IMG/VR virus record: IMGVR_UViG_3300025732_000031
Length of the DNA stretch: 64,000 nt
Direction: 5' to 3' (one strand)
Source: an uncultured virus (IMG/VR IMGVR_UViG_3300025732_000031)
Taxonomy: Duplodnaviria > Heunggongvirae > Uroviricota > Caudoviricetes
The notes beneath the pieces were generated by a model. It ran no database searches. It was not told the DNA's origin and saw nothing but the letters and a program-made list of their open reading frames with translations. Below, one piece after another: positions 48,721 through 57,597 of this stretch; the first letter of the stretch is position 1; every line of letters starts with the position of its first letter. A program made the position numbers and the translations under genes.

Positions 48721-48797
48721 TGGCCTGCCCAGAGGGACTCGAACCCCCGACCAACAGCTTAGAAGGCTGTTGCTCTATCCAGCTGAGCTATGGGCAG
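48721..48797 (-). tRNA. tRNA-Arg(UCU)
   Basis: CTGCCCATAGCTCAGCTGGATAGAGCAACAGCCT-TCT-AAGCTGTTGGTCGGGGGTTCGAGTCCCTCTGGGCAGGCCA. Confidence 0.92.
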
Positions 48798-48838
48798 ATT
48801 ATGGATATATACTATCCATAATAAAAAAATATGTACAC
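48798..48838 (-). promoter_or_regulatory. Early-type promoter GTGTACA-N17-TAGTAT for the tRNA cluster, with 10-bp inverted repeat
   Basis: ATTATGGATA (48798-807) / TATCCATAAT (48813-22) straddles the -10 hexamer. Confidence 0.6.
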
Positions 48839-48840
48839 CA

Positions 48841-49233
48841 TTAATTGAACAATGTTTTGATTATATCGACAATAAGTGGAGAAAAACCAAATAGAATGAA
48901 TAATATGATTGTCTTAAATGATAGATTTTCGCTCTTATATCTTATTGCTTTTGTCTTATGCAATCTAATCGGCGTATTCCATTTAGCACGATAACTTGTT
49001 TTCCAAGCCTTATGTTTCTTAGGTTTTTGTTTTTTATTTTGAACATGTTTTTCTATCTTACTGTAACCACCCTGTTTAGTCGTTTTAGTAACAGTAATAC
49101 GACCATTTCGATGTGTATAAGTGGTACGTGTAGATCCATCTTTATAAGACTGTGACCATGTAGTAGGTTTGCCGTCTAAATATGAAGTGTAAGTGATTCC
49201 TGATCTTTTTGATCTTTTGAACCACTTAGCCAT
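48841..49233 (-). CDS. Basic hypothetical protein with C-terminal transmembrane anchor
   Basis: Lys/Thr-rich body; TIILFILFGFSPLIV tail. Confidence 0.55.
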   Translation of the reverse strand: MAKWFKRSKRSGITYTSYLDGKPTTWSQSYKDGSTRTTYTHRNGRITVTKTTKQGGYSKIEKHVQNKKQKPKKHKAWKTSYRAKWNTPIRLHKTKAIRYKSENLSFKTIILFILFGFSPLIVDIIKTLFN

Positions 49234-49629
49234 TTATAGACCAATGTTTCTTCTTGTAAACTTCATCATGATGTTATCATTATAATAGAGATCACTCTCT
49301 AATACGTTATGCATAAATTGAAGTTTAGCTTCCCAGTAATTACATTCGCCTCTCGTTTCGCACAATCGTAAGATTGTTCTTTTAAACTTATCTTTTCCTA
49401 AAGATTCTATTTCTGTTAAAAGACGTTGTGAAGAACCCCAATAGTCTTTCCAATCAGACTCTTTACGGCAACGTTTCTTTTTACCTTTGACTTGTTTTGA
49501 AGAAGCTTTGGTGAAGTATTTGCGACCAATGTACCGTTTACCCGTTTCTATGTTTTCTATTAGGTAAACAAAGCCATAATATTCTTGAGCTAAATCATGA
49601 TTAAATTCTTTTTCTTCAAACAACCACAT
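49234..49629 (-). CDS. Free-standing GIY-YIG family endonuclease
   Basis: YGFVYLIEN..TGKRYIGRK, ESDWKDYWGSS, F.R.IL. Confidence 0.8.
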   Translation of the reverse strand: MWLFEEKEFNHDLAQEYYGFVYLIENIETGKRYIGRKYFTKASSKQVKGKKKRCRKESDWKDYWGSSQRLLTEIESLGKDKFKRTILRLCETRGECNYWEAKLQFMHNVLESDLYYNDNIMMKFTRRNIGL

Positions 49630-49661
49630 AACAACACCTCTAGTAGATGTTGTTATTTATT
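49629..49661 (-). promoter_or_regulatory. RBS-sequestering hairpin plus late-type promoter AATAAATA
   Basis: Minus strand AATAAATAACAACATCT-ACTAG-AGGTGTTGTT-ATG. Confidence 0.65.
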
Positions 49662-49760
49662 TCATTTTAATCGATTCAAAATATATGAAAAAGCAACAAA
49701 CAAAACACACATGATATAATAATTATATTCAGCTATTAAGTGTGTAACTATGTCGCCCAT
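49662..49760 (-). CDS. Possible 32-aa membrane micro-protein (not in ORF track)
   Basis: MGDIVTHLIAEYNYYIMCVLFVAFSYILNRLK; overlaps the end of nrdB; GGAAG upstream. Confidence 0.35.
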   Translation of the reverse strand: MGDIVTHLIAEYNYYIMCVLFVAFSYILNRLK

Positions 49761-50728
49761 ACATCTTCCCAAGAACCAGTTAAAGCTCCTTTAGCATAGT
49801 CTGTAGCACGATTTTCAAAGAAGTTTGTATGAATAGGCGCGTTGATCATAGTCTCTACCCATGGAAGTGGATTCTTCTTTACTTTATTAATTCCTTTAAG
49901 CCCCAGACTAATGAGGCGGCGATCAGCAATATACCTAATATAGTGCTTAACATCATCACTTGAAAGACTCTCCATGCTGCCCATAGAGAATGCGAGATCG
50001 ATGAATTTGTCTTCCAATTCAACCATGCGTTCTGCAATCTTGTAGATGTCTGATTTAAGTTGATCATTCCAAATGTCCCTGTTTTCTTCTATAAAAGTTC
50101 TAAATACCTTTATCATCGATTCGGCATGAATAGTTTCATCTACAATTGACCATGTGATGATTTGTCCCATTCCCTTCATCTTACCATGACGAGGAAAGTT
50201 AAGAAGCATGATAAATGAAGAGAACAACTGCATGCCTTCAGTAAATGCAGAGAATGCAGCGATCTGTTGAGCTATAGTTTTTGCGTCTTGACCAGCTATC
50301 TGAGTAAAGAAGTCATGTTTTGCCCGCATTTCTTCATATTGCATGAATTCATTATATGTAGTTTCAGGCATTCCTAAAGTTTCTATTAAATGTGAATAAG
50401 CAGCTACATGTAATGCTTCTCTTGCGGCAAAGCCACACAACATCATCCTTACTTCAGGTTGAGGAAAATAAGGAAGGTAATTATTAACGTAGCCGCCAGC
50501 AACGTCAATATCTCCTTGCGTAAAAAATCTGAAAATATTTGTAAGAAACGTTTTTTCTTCATTGGTCAACCTCTTTTTCCAATCTTTCACGTCCTCGACC
50601 ATAGGTACTTCAGTGTGAATCCAATGAGATTGTTCATGCTTAAGCCATGCATCGTATGCCCATGGATAAGTAAATGGCTTAAAGTAATTACGTTCGTCAG
50701 TAAGTTTTAAGTCTGGCTTTTTAATCAT
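49748..50728 (-). CDS. nrdB: Ribonucleotide reductase class I beta subunit
   Basis: FKPF.YPWA, FFTQGDIDV, EALH..AYS, FTEG.QLFSSF, DETIH, NFFENRATDY; likely start MIKK at 50728. Confidence 0.93.
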   Translation of the reverse strand: MIKKPDLKLTDERNYFKPFTYPWAYDAWLKHEQSHWIHTEVPMVEDVKDWKKRLTNEEKTFLTNIFRFFTQGDIDVAGGYVNNYLPYFPQPEVRMMLCGFAAREALHVAAYSHLIETLGMPETTYNEFMQYEEMRAKHDFFTQIAGQDAKTIAQQIAAFSAFTEGMQLFSSFIMLLNFPRHGKMKGMGQIITWSIVDETIHAESMIKVFRTFIEENRDIWNDQLKSDIYKIAERMVELEDKFIDLAFSMGSMESLSSDDVKHYIRYIADRRLISLGLKGINKVKKNPLPWVETMINAPIHTNFFENRATDYAKGALTGSWEDVWAT

Positions 50729-50924
50729 TTTCCGTGTGTCCAATTGTGTGAACCTTTTCATGCTCGATCATATCGATGATGAAGGTGGTTACTTGTATTT
50801 CTTTATTAATGAAGAACAATTTTAATTCTAATTCTTTAAGTTTGTCGGTATAAAATGCGAGTTCTTTTTGCTTCTCTTCTCGCATTTTATACACATCAGC
50901 TAACAAAATTATCTTATTATCCAT
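50721..50924 (-). CDS. Small coiled-coil protein between nrdA and nrdB
   Basis: ORF overlaps the nrdA stop and the nrdB start; heptad pattern. Confidence 0.55.
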   Translation of the reverse strand: MDNKIILLADVYKMREEKQKELAFYTDKLKELELKLFFINKEIQVTTFIIDMIEHEKVHTIGHTEND

Positions 50925-52732
50925 TAGCCCTCGCAAGCTAGACAGGCTTCTCCATCAACCAGTTGCTTTATATCAATTTCTTCTATGATCTGTCTTTCGA
51001 TTCGCTTAGCCACCTTATCAGCCTTGCCAATCTTTTCTGAACGGCAATAATAAAGAGTTTTCAATCCACGTTTCCAAGCAAGAAAATGAACTGCATGAAG
51101 ATACTTGATATTTATATTTGGTCTGAAAAATAAATTCAACGATTGTGCTTGATCAATATATTCTTGTCTATCCGCTGCGTGTTCAATAACCCATCTCTGA
51201 TCAATTTCCATTGATGTCTTGAATACATCTTTTTCCCACTCAGTGAACATGTCTAAGTGCTGGATAGATCCATCATTTGCTATGATGGATGACCAGATCT
51301 CTTCTATTTTACCTTTATCTTTTTCTTCATGAGTAACTTTTTCCAAAATCAATTTATCAAGGAACTTATTCTTGTAAAATGAAGCGCCACTCAATGTGTC
51401 TTGACGATATGCATTTGCTCGATATGGTTCAATGGATGGAGAAGTGTTGCCCATGATGATTGAGCTAGAAGCATTGGGTGCAATAGCCATCAAGTGACTA
51501 AATCTAAGACCAGTTCCTTTTGCGTCTGGTGCTTCTCCACGAATATTTCCTAGTTCCTTGTTAGCGATATCCAGCTGAGTTCTAATATGTTTAAAGATTC
51601 GTCTGTTCGCACCGACTGCCATAGCAGATTCCCATGGCAAGGAATTCTTTTGCAGATAAGCATGAAAACCTAGAGCGCCGACACCTATACTTCTTTCACG
51701 CATTGCTGAGTACTTTGCACGCTTGATTGTGTTTGGAGCATTAGTAATGAAGTACTCTAAAACATTATCCAGCATTTCAGCAATGTCTTTTAAGAACATC
51801 TTATTATTTTTCCAATCATCAAAGTATTCAAGATTCACAGATGACAAACAGCACACAGCAGTTCTTTGTTTATCTGTAGGAAGAATGATTTCAGAGCACA
51901 GGTTAGACTGCTTGATTGAAAGGCCTAACTTCTTTTGCCATTCGGGTAAATGCTTGTTTGATGTATCAATAAAATGAATGTATGGTTCTCCTGTCAACAT
52001 TCTTGCTTCTAAGATCTTTTGCCATAGTTCTTTAGCAGAAACGGTTTCTCTAATTTCTTTAGAATGAGGATCGATTAGGTTCCATGAATCATCTGCTTCA
52101 GGATCCAACATACACTTTTCAATAAGTTGCATGAATTCATCGGTGATATTTACACCATGATGTAGATTCAATGTCCTCATGTTAGGATCACCAGTAGGTT
52201 TTCTCATGTCAAGGAACATCACGATATCTGGATGAGAGATGTCTAAGTATGCTGCATACGAGCCTCGACGAGTTTTACCCTGCCGATACGCTAGAGAAGA
52301 TGCATCATAGATTTTAAGATGTGGCATAACTCCCGTAGACTTGTCATCAGAAGAACGAATGCCGACGCCGATACCAATCCCGCCACCAAGCATAGACAAC
52401 CAGTTGACTTCTGACAAGCAGTCCACAAGGCCTTCAGCCGTGTCGTGCAAGTATGGAAGAAAGCATGAGATAGGTAATCCATGGCGACTACGGCCAATTG
52501 ACAGGATAGGAGTAGAGTAAGACAACCAGTGACGACTACTATAGTCATACAGTCTTTGAGCGTGTTCCATGTTCGACGAAAAAGTTTTGGAGACATACGC
52601 AAACCTCTCTTGCGGTGATTTTTCTTCTTCGAGCATGTATGATTCGCGTAATCGTTTCAATCCTAGTTCATCAAATAAAGCGTCTCTTGAATAGTCGATA
52701 TTGATACCCATGTGATTATTTTTATTTGACAT
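50924..52732 (-). CDS. nrdA: Ribonucleotide reductase class I alpha subunit (short, no ATP cone)
   Basis: PISCF, SNLCSEI, VCCLSS, AIAPNASSS, DQAQSLN, LKTLYY, C-terminal CLACEG. Confidence 0.95.
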   Translation of the reverse strand: MSNKNNHMGINIDYSRDALFDELGLKRLRESYMLEEEKSPQERFAYVSKTFSSNMEHAQRLYDYSSRHWLSYSTPILSIGRSRHGLPISCFLPYLHDTAEGLVDCLSEVNWLSMLGGGIGIGVGIRSSDDKSTGVMPHLKIYDASSLAYRQGKTRRGSYAAYLDISHPDIVMFLDMRKPTGDPNMRTLNLHHGVNITDEFMQLIEKCMLDPEADDSWNLIDPHSKEIRETVSAKELWQKILEARMLTGEPYIHFIDTSNKHLPEWQKKLGLSIKQSNLCSEIILPTDKQRTAVCCLSSVNLEYFDDWKNNKMFLKDIAEMLDNVLEYFITNAPNTIKRAKYSAMRERSIGVGALGFHAYLQKNSLPWESAMAVGANRRIFKHIRTQLDIANKELGNIRGEAPDAKGTGLRFSHLMAIAPNASSSIIMGNTSPSIEPYRANAYRQDTLSGASFYKNKFLDKLILEKVTHEEKDKGKIEEIWSSIIANDGSIQHLDMFTEWEKDVFKTSMEIDQRWVIEHAADRQEYIDQAQSLNLFFRPNINIKYLHAVHFLAWKRGLKTLYYCRSEKIGKADKVAKRIERQIIEEIDIKQLVDGEACLACEG

Positions 52733-52751
52733 AAGAGCGCCTCGGTTGTTA

Positions 52752-53489
52752 CTACTTGATAAGATTCTTAATTATGTTTGGAATGACTACACTCAATTCA
52801 TTAGCACACTGCTGTGCTATTACTCTGTGTTCTTTTTGTGTTGACTGATCTGTTCTTACTTCAAGATAATGAATCCATGAACGAATAGTTCCGCTCATGT
52901 ATATCTTTGACATAACTAATCCTTCAGGAAGAACAGCTCTTGCTACTTCTTTGGCGATACCATTATTGATAGCCCATTCATATGCGTGTTTTGTGTACTG
53001 TATAATCTCTTCTTGAAACGTGATCCAGTTATGATGAAGTACTTCATCATTGACTTCTATAGAATTCTGTCTATTTTTATTGTCTTGAAGACGCGCTTCT
53101 CTAACTTCAAAAGTCAATTCATCGACAGGATTAGCATACCTCTGGCTAAATTCCTGAAATGAAAATGATCTGTGTCTAAGAATCTGCCTTGCTATATCTC
53201 TTGTTGTAGAGATCTCGAGACAAACAGTAACCATTTCAAAAGGAGACCAGTGTTTGTTCTTTACAAGGTATTGTATCAATTTTTCAGAAGTTTGTACATT
53301 ACTTTGGTTACTTGGATTGCTTACCCTAGCACAAAATGCGATTAGTTCTTCACAACTAACCCCACGATCAACTTCTACAGAATACGCGTAGTCGTCGTCG
53401 ATTTTTGAGTAGCTAACCAACTTAACAGGTCGCTTTGAGTGCTTATCGATCACTTCACTAGCCCACATTTCTTCACCATCAAGAATCAT
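52752..53489 (-). CDS. thyX: Flavin-dependent thymidylate synthase
   Basis: HWSPFE, RQILRHRSFSFQEFSQRY, AKEVARAVLP, TQKEHR; probable start at the TGATG overlap (53489). Confidence 0.95.
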   Translation of the reverse strand: MILDGEEMWASEVIDKHSKRPVKLVSYSKIDDDYAYSVEVDRGVSCEELIAFCARVSNPSNQSNVQTSEKLIQYLVKNKHWSPFEMVTVCLEISTTRDIARQILRHRSFSFQEFSQRYANPVDELTFEVREARLQDNKNRQNSIEVNDEVLHHNWITFQEEIIQYTKHAYEWAINNGIAKEVARAVLPEGLVMSKIYMSGTIRSWIHYLEVRTDQSTQKEHRVIAQQCANELSVVIPNIIKNLIK

Positions 53490-54508
53490 CAGCACTTTCT
53501 CCACATTTGAATATTTAACTTTGCATCAAGACCACTAAACGTGTTCTTGTCAACTATGATCTTTAGTTCTTCAGAATCATGGCCATTCAACACCATCTCA
53601 TTCACGTCTTTTCCCTTAACGCTGGATGGCCAGAGGCAAACTTTGTAACCGTTGTCTATATATTTCTCTATCTTCTTAACAATCTGCAATGATCGTGGCT
53701 CGTTGTCGAACACAATTGTTGCTTTACTTTTATCTACTTCTAATGATTTAGTTAGATCAGCTCCACACATTGCAATTGCATTGTCAAAAAACAATGAGTC
53801 TATAGGCCCTTCAAGAACATAAAATTGTTTAGATAGATTGCAAGTATCTAATCCAAACACTTTAGGTTTGGATTCATCTTTAAGTACTGTTATGTATTTA
53901 ACTTTTTTATCAGTTAAGCTTCTTGCTTGACACCCAAAAAATACTTTCTCCCTGTCAAGCAAAGGAAGCACTAGTCTAGGAGAATCGTTCTCCTCATCAA
54001 ATTTATTTGGTATGAATGTATTTACCCATTTTTTAAATGATGGAGCATAGAACAATCTGTAGTGATGATGAGAAGGAATCTTCCTCGACATCACATATTT
54101 CTTAATAGGATGATCCACCGAAAGAGCTGACACCTTCTTCAAGAATCTCAGCGGTGAATCACCAGACATGAACTTAGGCGTTGTCGCCTTTGCTATGTTT
54201 GGTTTTGGTTCAACTATTGGATTAACAATATTGTTTTCAATAAACTTCTCACGCTGATATTCGAGATATATCGTCTGATCAAGTTGCTTAATAAAACTAC
54301 CAATCAACATTGATGCATTGCAATTATGACAATAGAACCTCATTTTACCAGACTTCTCGAAGATCCATCCTCGTGCCTTTGTTTTACTCCTTTCAGAGTC
54401 TCCACAGATAGGACACCTGAAATTGTATAGGTTCTTATTCTTTTGCTTGAACCTAGGTAGTCTAGCTGAGATCAAGTTAACATACTTATCGTCTATCCAA
54501 ATACTCAT
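53489..54508 (-). CDS. gp61: DNA primase gp61
   Basis: NFRCPICGDS..K.KARG...CHNC zinc finger, EGPIDSLF, FDNEPR, KDVNEM. Confidence 0.93.
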   Translation of the reverse strand: MSIWIDDKYVNLISARLPRFKQKNKNLYNFRCPICGDSERSKTKARGWIFEKSGKMRFYCHNCNASMLIGSFIKQLDQTIYLEYQREKFIENNIVNPIVEPKPNIAKATTPKFMSGDSPLRFLKKVSALSVDHPIKKYVMSRKIPSHHHYRLFYAPSFKKWVNTFIPNKFDEENDSPRLVLPLLDREKVFFGCQARSLTDKKVKYITVLKDESKPKVFGLDTCNLSKQFYVLEGPIDSLFFDNAIAMCGADLTKSLEVDKSKATIVFDNEPRSLQIVKKIEKYIDNGYKVCLWPSSVKGKDVNEMVLNGHDSEELKIIVDKNTFSGLDAKLNIQMWRKC

Positions 54509-54540
54509 TGTATTCCATTATATTAAATACCATAACTTAA

Positions 54541-54570
54541 TTATACATCACATGAGATATTATGTAAACC
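54541..54570 (-). promoter_or_regulatory. T4-type early promoter GTTTACA-N17-TATAAT (extended TG) upstream of primase
   Basis: Minus strand gTTTACA taatatctcatgtgatg TATAAT. Confidence 0.65.
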
Positions 54571-54922
54571 CTATTTTGGTTATAGTTTTTGAAATAAAGA
54601 AACCTACGACCATAGCTCCGCCAATTAAAGTATACTTCCATCTTTCAAACGAATCTATACGTCGTGCTAACGATTTTATTTGTTCTTTAGTTTCTGCATG
54701 TTCTCTATGATTTTGTTCTTTAAGATCACGTATTAATGAATATATTTCATTATTAACTTCAATCTGCACTTGAAGCTTATGATCATGCACAGCTAAAAGT
54801 TCTTTTATTGATGATGAAAAATCAGATAACTTATCTATCGTTGCATCTAATTTGTCTATAATTAAAGACACGCGAGACATATCTCTTTCTAAAATTGCTA
54901 CTTTAGTAGATAATTGGTCCAT
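54560..54922 (-). CDS. Coiled-coil protein with C-terminal transmembrane helix
   Basis: Heptads followed by ERWKY.LIGGAMVVGFFI. Confidence 0.6.
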   Translation of the reverse strand: MDQLSTKVAILERDMSRVSLIIDKLDATIDKLSDFSSSIKELLAVHDHKLQVQIEVNNEIYSLIRDLKEQNHREHAETKEQIKSLARRIDSFERWKYTLIGGAMVVGFFISKTITKIGFT

Positions 54923-54927
54923 AGGCT

Positions 54928-55284
54928 TTACTTACTTTTTTTGTTGTTTTCTTTTGCATAATATTTTCTATAAGCAGCTATCACACTCTTTTGTTCTCTT
55001 ATATATCTTAATATTTTTATATGGTTTGAAGACAAAGCTTTATATTCATTTTCTTGTAAAGCTATTAAAAAAATAACACCATTTTTATTTTTAGAAGATT
55101 CAATAACTTCTTTATAATTATCTTGAGTAATAACTACCCAACGAACCGAATTTAATTTAACAGGCTCGGGCAAATCAATTTCTATTGTTTGTGTTTTGGG
55201 AAGAGGAGTTGGTTTTATACTGTGCGAGCAACCAACTAAATTAATCAGAAGTAAGAAGACTAGGGCAAGTTTTATTTTTTTCAT
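54928..55284 (-). CDS. Outer-membrane spanin-like lipoprotein
   Basis: MKKIK + hydrophobic core + LVGC lipobox, Pro-rich linker; overlaps the upstream TM/coiled-coil gene. Confidence 0.65.
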   Translation of the reverse strand: MKKIKLALVFLLLINLVGCSHSIKPTPLPKTQTIEIDLPEPVKLNSVRWVVITQDNYKEVIESSKNKNGVIFLIALQENEYKALSSNHIKILRYIREQKSVIAAYRKYYAKENNKKSK

Positions 55285-55678
55285 CTGGGTTTGCCTCAGA
55301 GCCTGTTGCTAATTCGATACAGCGAATAATTTCTTGAGTACCATTATTTATAGCTTTTTCTATCAATACTGGTTTTTTACTTGCAAGGTATGCTATATCA
55401 TGCTTCAAGACTTTTTCTTCTAACCCACTTATTTCTTTTGTTATGGTTTTTATTTCTTTATCTAAAACTTGTCTAACTTGCTTTTGTTTTTCAAAACTAT
55501 TTTCTAAAGCAACAATTTGTTCTTGTTGTAATAAGATCTCAGATTTAGAATTTTCAATTTGTTTTGAAAGTTCTATTGTTTGGTTTTGTAATCTTTTATA
55601 GTCAATGTAAAAGAAAGAAACAATTATCACTAATACTGCTACAAATCCAAATTTAATTATTAAACTGTATGGAAGCAT
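55241..55678 (-). CDS. Inner-membrane spanin-like protein
   Basis: N-terminal TM helix, long coiled coil, C-terminal Cys pair; overlaps the lipoprotein gene. Confidence 0.6.
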   Translation of the reverse strand: MLPYSLIIKFGFVAVLVIIVSFFYIDYKRLQNQTIELSKQIENSKSEILLQQEQIVALENSFEKQKQVRQVLDKEIKTITKEISGLEEKVLKHDIAYLASKKPVLIEKAINNGTQEIIRCIELATGSEANPDEKNKTCPSLLTSD

Positions 55679-55820
55679 TTTTCTGTGTATATTCTTTTTG
55701 TTTTTTCTTTGTAACTGGAGGATCTCCCGTTAAGCCGGCAACACCTGAGCCAGAGCCTACGGCGTTTGCTGGAACAGCTCCTTCTCCTTCTTCATTTACA
55801 AACTCTATGAATCTTTTCAT
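55653..55820 (-). CDS. Small putative head-internal protein (55 aa, not in ORF track)
   Basis: MKRFIEFVNEEGEGAVPANAVGSGSGVAGLTGDPPVTKKKQKEYTQKNASIQFNN; N-terminus resembles the T4 capsid-targeting sequence. Confidence 0.65.
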   Translation of the reverse strand: MKRFIEFVNEEGEGAVPANAVGSGSGVAGLTGDPPVTKKKQKEYTQKNASIQFNN

Positions 55821-56209
55821 TAAATTGTCCTTAGTACTTCTACTATATGACTATCCATCGCTATATCGCTATTATGAAAATCTTTGCCTTCAATATTTTT
55901 AATTATTTCAGGCATCGTATTAAACAATATTAAAAACGGTTTCAAACATTCATGATGTTTTTTCAATGAAAAAAACAACATTCGAGTTGTTGCTTCTGTT
56001 CCAAACAAATTATATAAAACTTGAAGATGATTGATGATCAATCTTTCTTTAAGTTCACCAGTTTCTTTATATCTATTGAATAATCTTTTTACATATTTAA
56101 ATCGTTTTAAATCATCGTAAAAATCTTTTGTGTCAAAGCATTGAGGATTGTCATAATGCTTTGCGGCGTATAACAAAAAATTAGAACTATCCAAATTATC
56201 AAATTGCAT
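55820..56209 (-). CDS. Conserved T4-like hypothetical protein
   Basis: NF.LYAAKHYDNPQC....F..DLKRFKY.KRL..RY...GELKERLI.NH...LYN.FG. Confidence 0.75.
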   Translation of the reverse strand: MQFDNLDSSNFLLYAAKHYDNPQCFDTKDFYDDLKRFKYVKRLFNRYKETGELKERLIINHLQVLYNLFGTEATTRMLFFSLKKHHECLKPFLILFNTMPEIIKNIEGKDFHNSDIAMDSHIVEVLRTI

Positions 56210-56212
56210 TAT

Positions 56213-56497
56213 TTAAAACGCGTTTAATCCTACCCTTTTTAGAACGTTATTAGCTACTGCAACATAAAGATAAGAAGTATCAAACATGATAGTTCCTTTC
56301 TTTACAGTTATAGTGCTGTTGGCAACAGTAGCATTATAGATGACAACGTTCGCCGTAACATTTCCAAAAAGATTAGACACCGTAACTTTTTTAGTAATAG
56401 GAGTACCGGAGGGATCATCTACAATGAGTAGAAGATCCTCTCCGGCCGGAGCTGTTAGCGCCGTAAGCTCAGAAACTTTTTTAGAGCGATCGCTCAT
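56213..56497 (-). CDS. Small virion structural protein
   Basis: KKVSELTAL.....DLLLIVD......TKKVTV, C-terminal FD.SYLYVAVA....KRV motif. Confidence 0.55.
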   Translation of the reverse strand: MSDRSKKVSELTALTAPAGEDLLLIVDDPSGTPITKKVTVSNLFGNVTANVVIYNATVANSTITVKKGTIMFDTSYLYVAVANNVLKRVGLNAF

Positions 56498-57345
56498 TAG
56501 GTATCCTTAAAGACATTATCGTCTGATGCATCACCAGTCATCGATCCCATAGCTACTAGTGTTTCATATTCAACTCGACCTGCACGACCACCGGTACCTA
56601 CTTTACGAACAACCCAACCAGCATGAGCAACTGCAGCACCTCTACTCAATACAGCAGAAGCTGTGGCGGTTTCACCGGTGAGCGAGTGACCAACTTGAGC
56701 ACTTGTAGCAACTGATGTTAGGTTGATTGCAGCACCGCCTCTTGTTGTTGCCAATTGAACAGCTGTGCTGTTTGCAAATGTAACGAAATATGTAGTAGCG
56801 TTTGCCAACCCGCCAATAGCAGTATTGCCAGCTCCTACCAAATAAGTTACTTGATCATTTACTGCAAGAAATGGGGCTTTTGTGCCAAGAGTAATAAATC
56901 CATTAGATGAACTATTACCTGCGGTTACTGCAGTAGTGTTACCGTTGAATGTTAAAGCAGCTGGTGCTGAAATAGTAATTATTGGAGAAGAAGTATATCC
57001 AACACCATTATTTCCAATGTTTATAGCTGCAATTCTTCCTGAAGCATTTGATTGAGCGTTTGCGGCGAAAGAAGCACCACCACCGCCAGTTACAGTAATA
57101 GTAGCATTGGCGTTGTATCCTGAACCTGCAAATGTAATTGTGGTAAAACTAACTGTGCCATTAGTTGATCCTGCTTCTGCAGCGGATACACCGAATTGGC
57201 CAACTGTTAAACCAGTTACATATGCATCAGCGGTGGTATTCCCAAAGAATACATCTCTGTTTGCAGTATTGCCCGTTTTGTTATATCCTACTACACCCCA
57301 TAGAACGGAGTTAGCAGCAGAATCGTCGTTTTTCCATTGTGACAT
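56497..57345 (-). CDS. Virion structural / decoration protein
   Basis: MSQW...D, GSGY modules, C-terminal HAGWV....G.GGRAGRV.YETLVAM. Confidence 0.6.
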   Translation of the reverse strand: MSQWKNDDSAANSVLWGVVGYNKTGNTANRDVFFGNTTADAYVTGLTVGQFGVSAAEAGSTNGTVSFTTITFAGSGYNANATITVTGGGGASFAANAQSNASGRIAAINIGNNGVGYTSSPIITISAPAALTFNGNTTAVTAGNSSSNGFITLGTKAPFLAVNDQVTYLVGAGNTAIGGLANATTYFVTFANSTAVQLATTRGGAAINLTSVATSAQVGHSLTGETATASAVLSRGAAVAHAGWVVRKVGTGGRAGRVEYETLVAMGSMTGDASDDNVFKDT

Positions 57346-57346
57346 G

Positions 57347-57595
57347 TTAGTTGTCTCCTTTAGTCGTAAGGTCTTCTAAATATCTAGAAGTTTTCTTTAT
57401 ATTTATTTCATTTGTTTCTTGAACACTTGAAATCCTTTTAGGCTTATCCAAAGAGTTAGTCAAGTGTTTTTTGTTGTTCATATTTCTATTATGTACTTCA
57501 TGAATAGTCTTTAAAGACACAAGAGGCTTTGGTTGAGCCTCTTGTTTCTCTTCCTTACGAGTGTCACGCTTTATTATATTTGCTATGATAGCCAC
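57347..57595 (-). CDS. Hypothetical protein
   Basis: 82-aa charged ORF filling the gap; GTG start. Confidence 0.45.
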   Translation of the reverse strand: MAIIANIIKRDTRKEEKQEAQPKPLVSLKTIHEVHNRNMNNKKHLTNSLDKPKRISSVQETNEINIKKTSRYLEDLTTKGDN

Positions 57596-57597
57596 AA

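Noticed and set aside
52291..52602. 103-aa same-strand alternative-frame ORF inside nrdA
   Set aside because: Explained by local GC richness reducing stop codons; no recognisable motif.
49234..52732. Group I intron or intein in nrdA/nrdB associated with the GIY-YIG gene
   Set aside because: Both subunits are continuous and of compact length; the nuclease gene is free-standing downstream.
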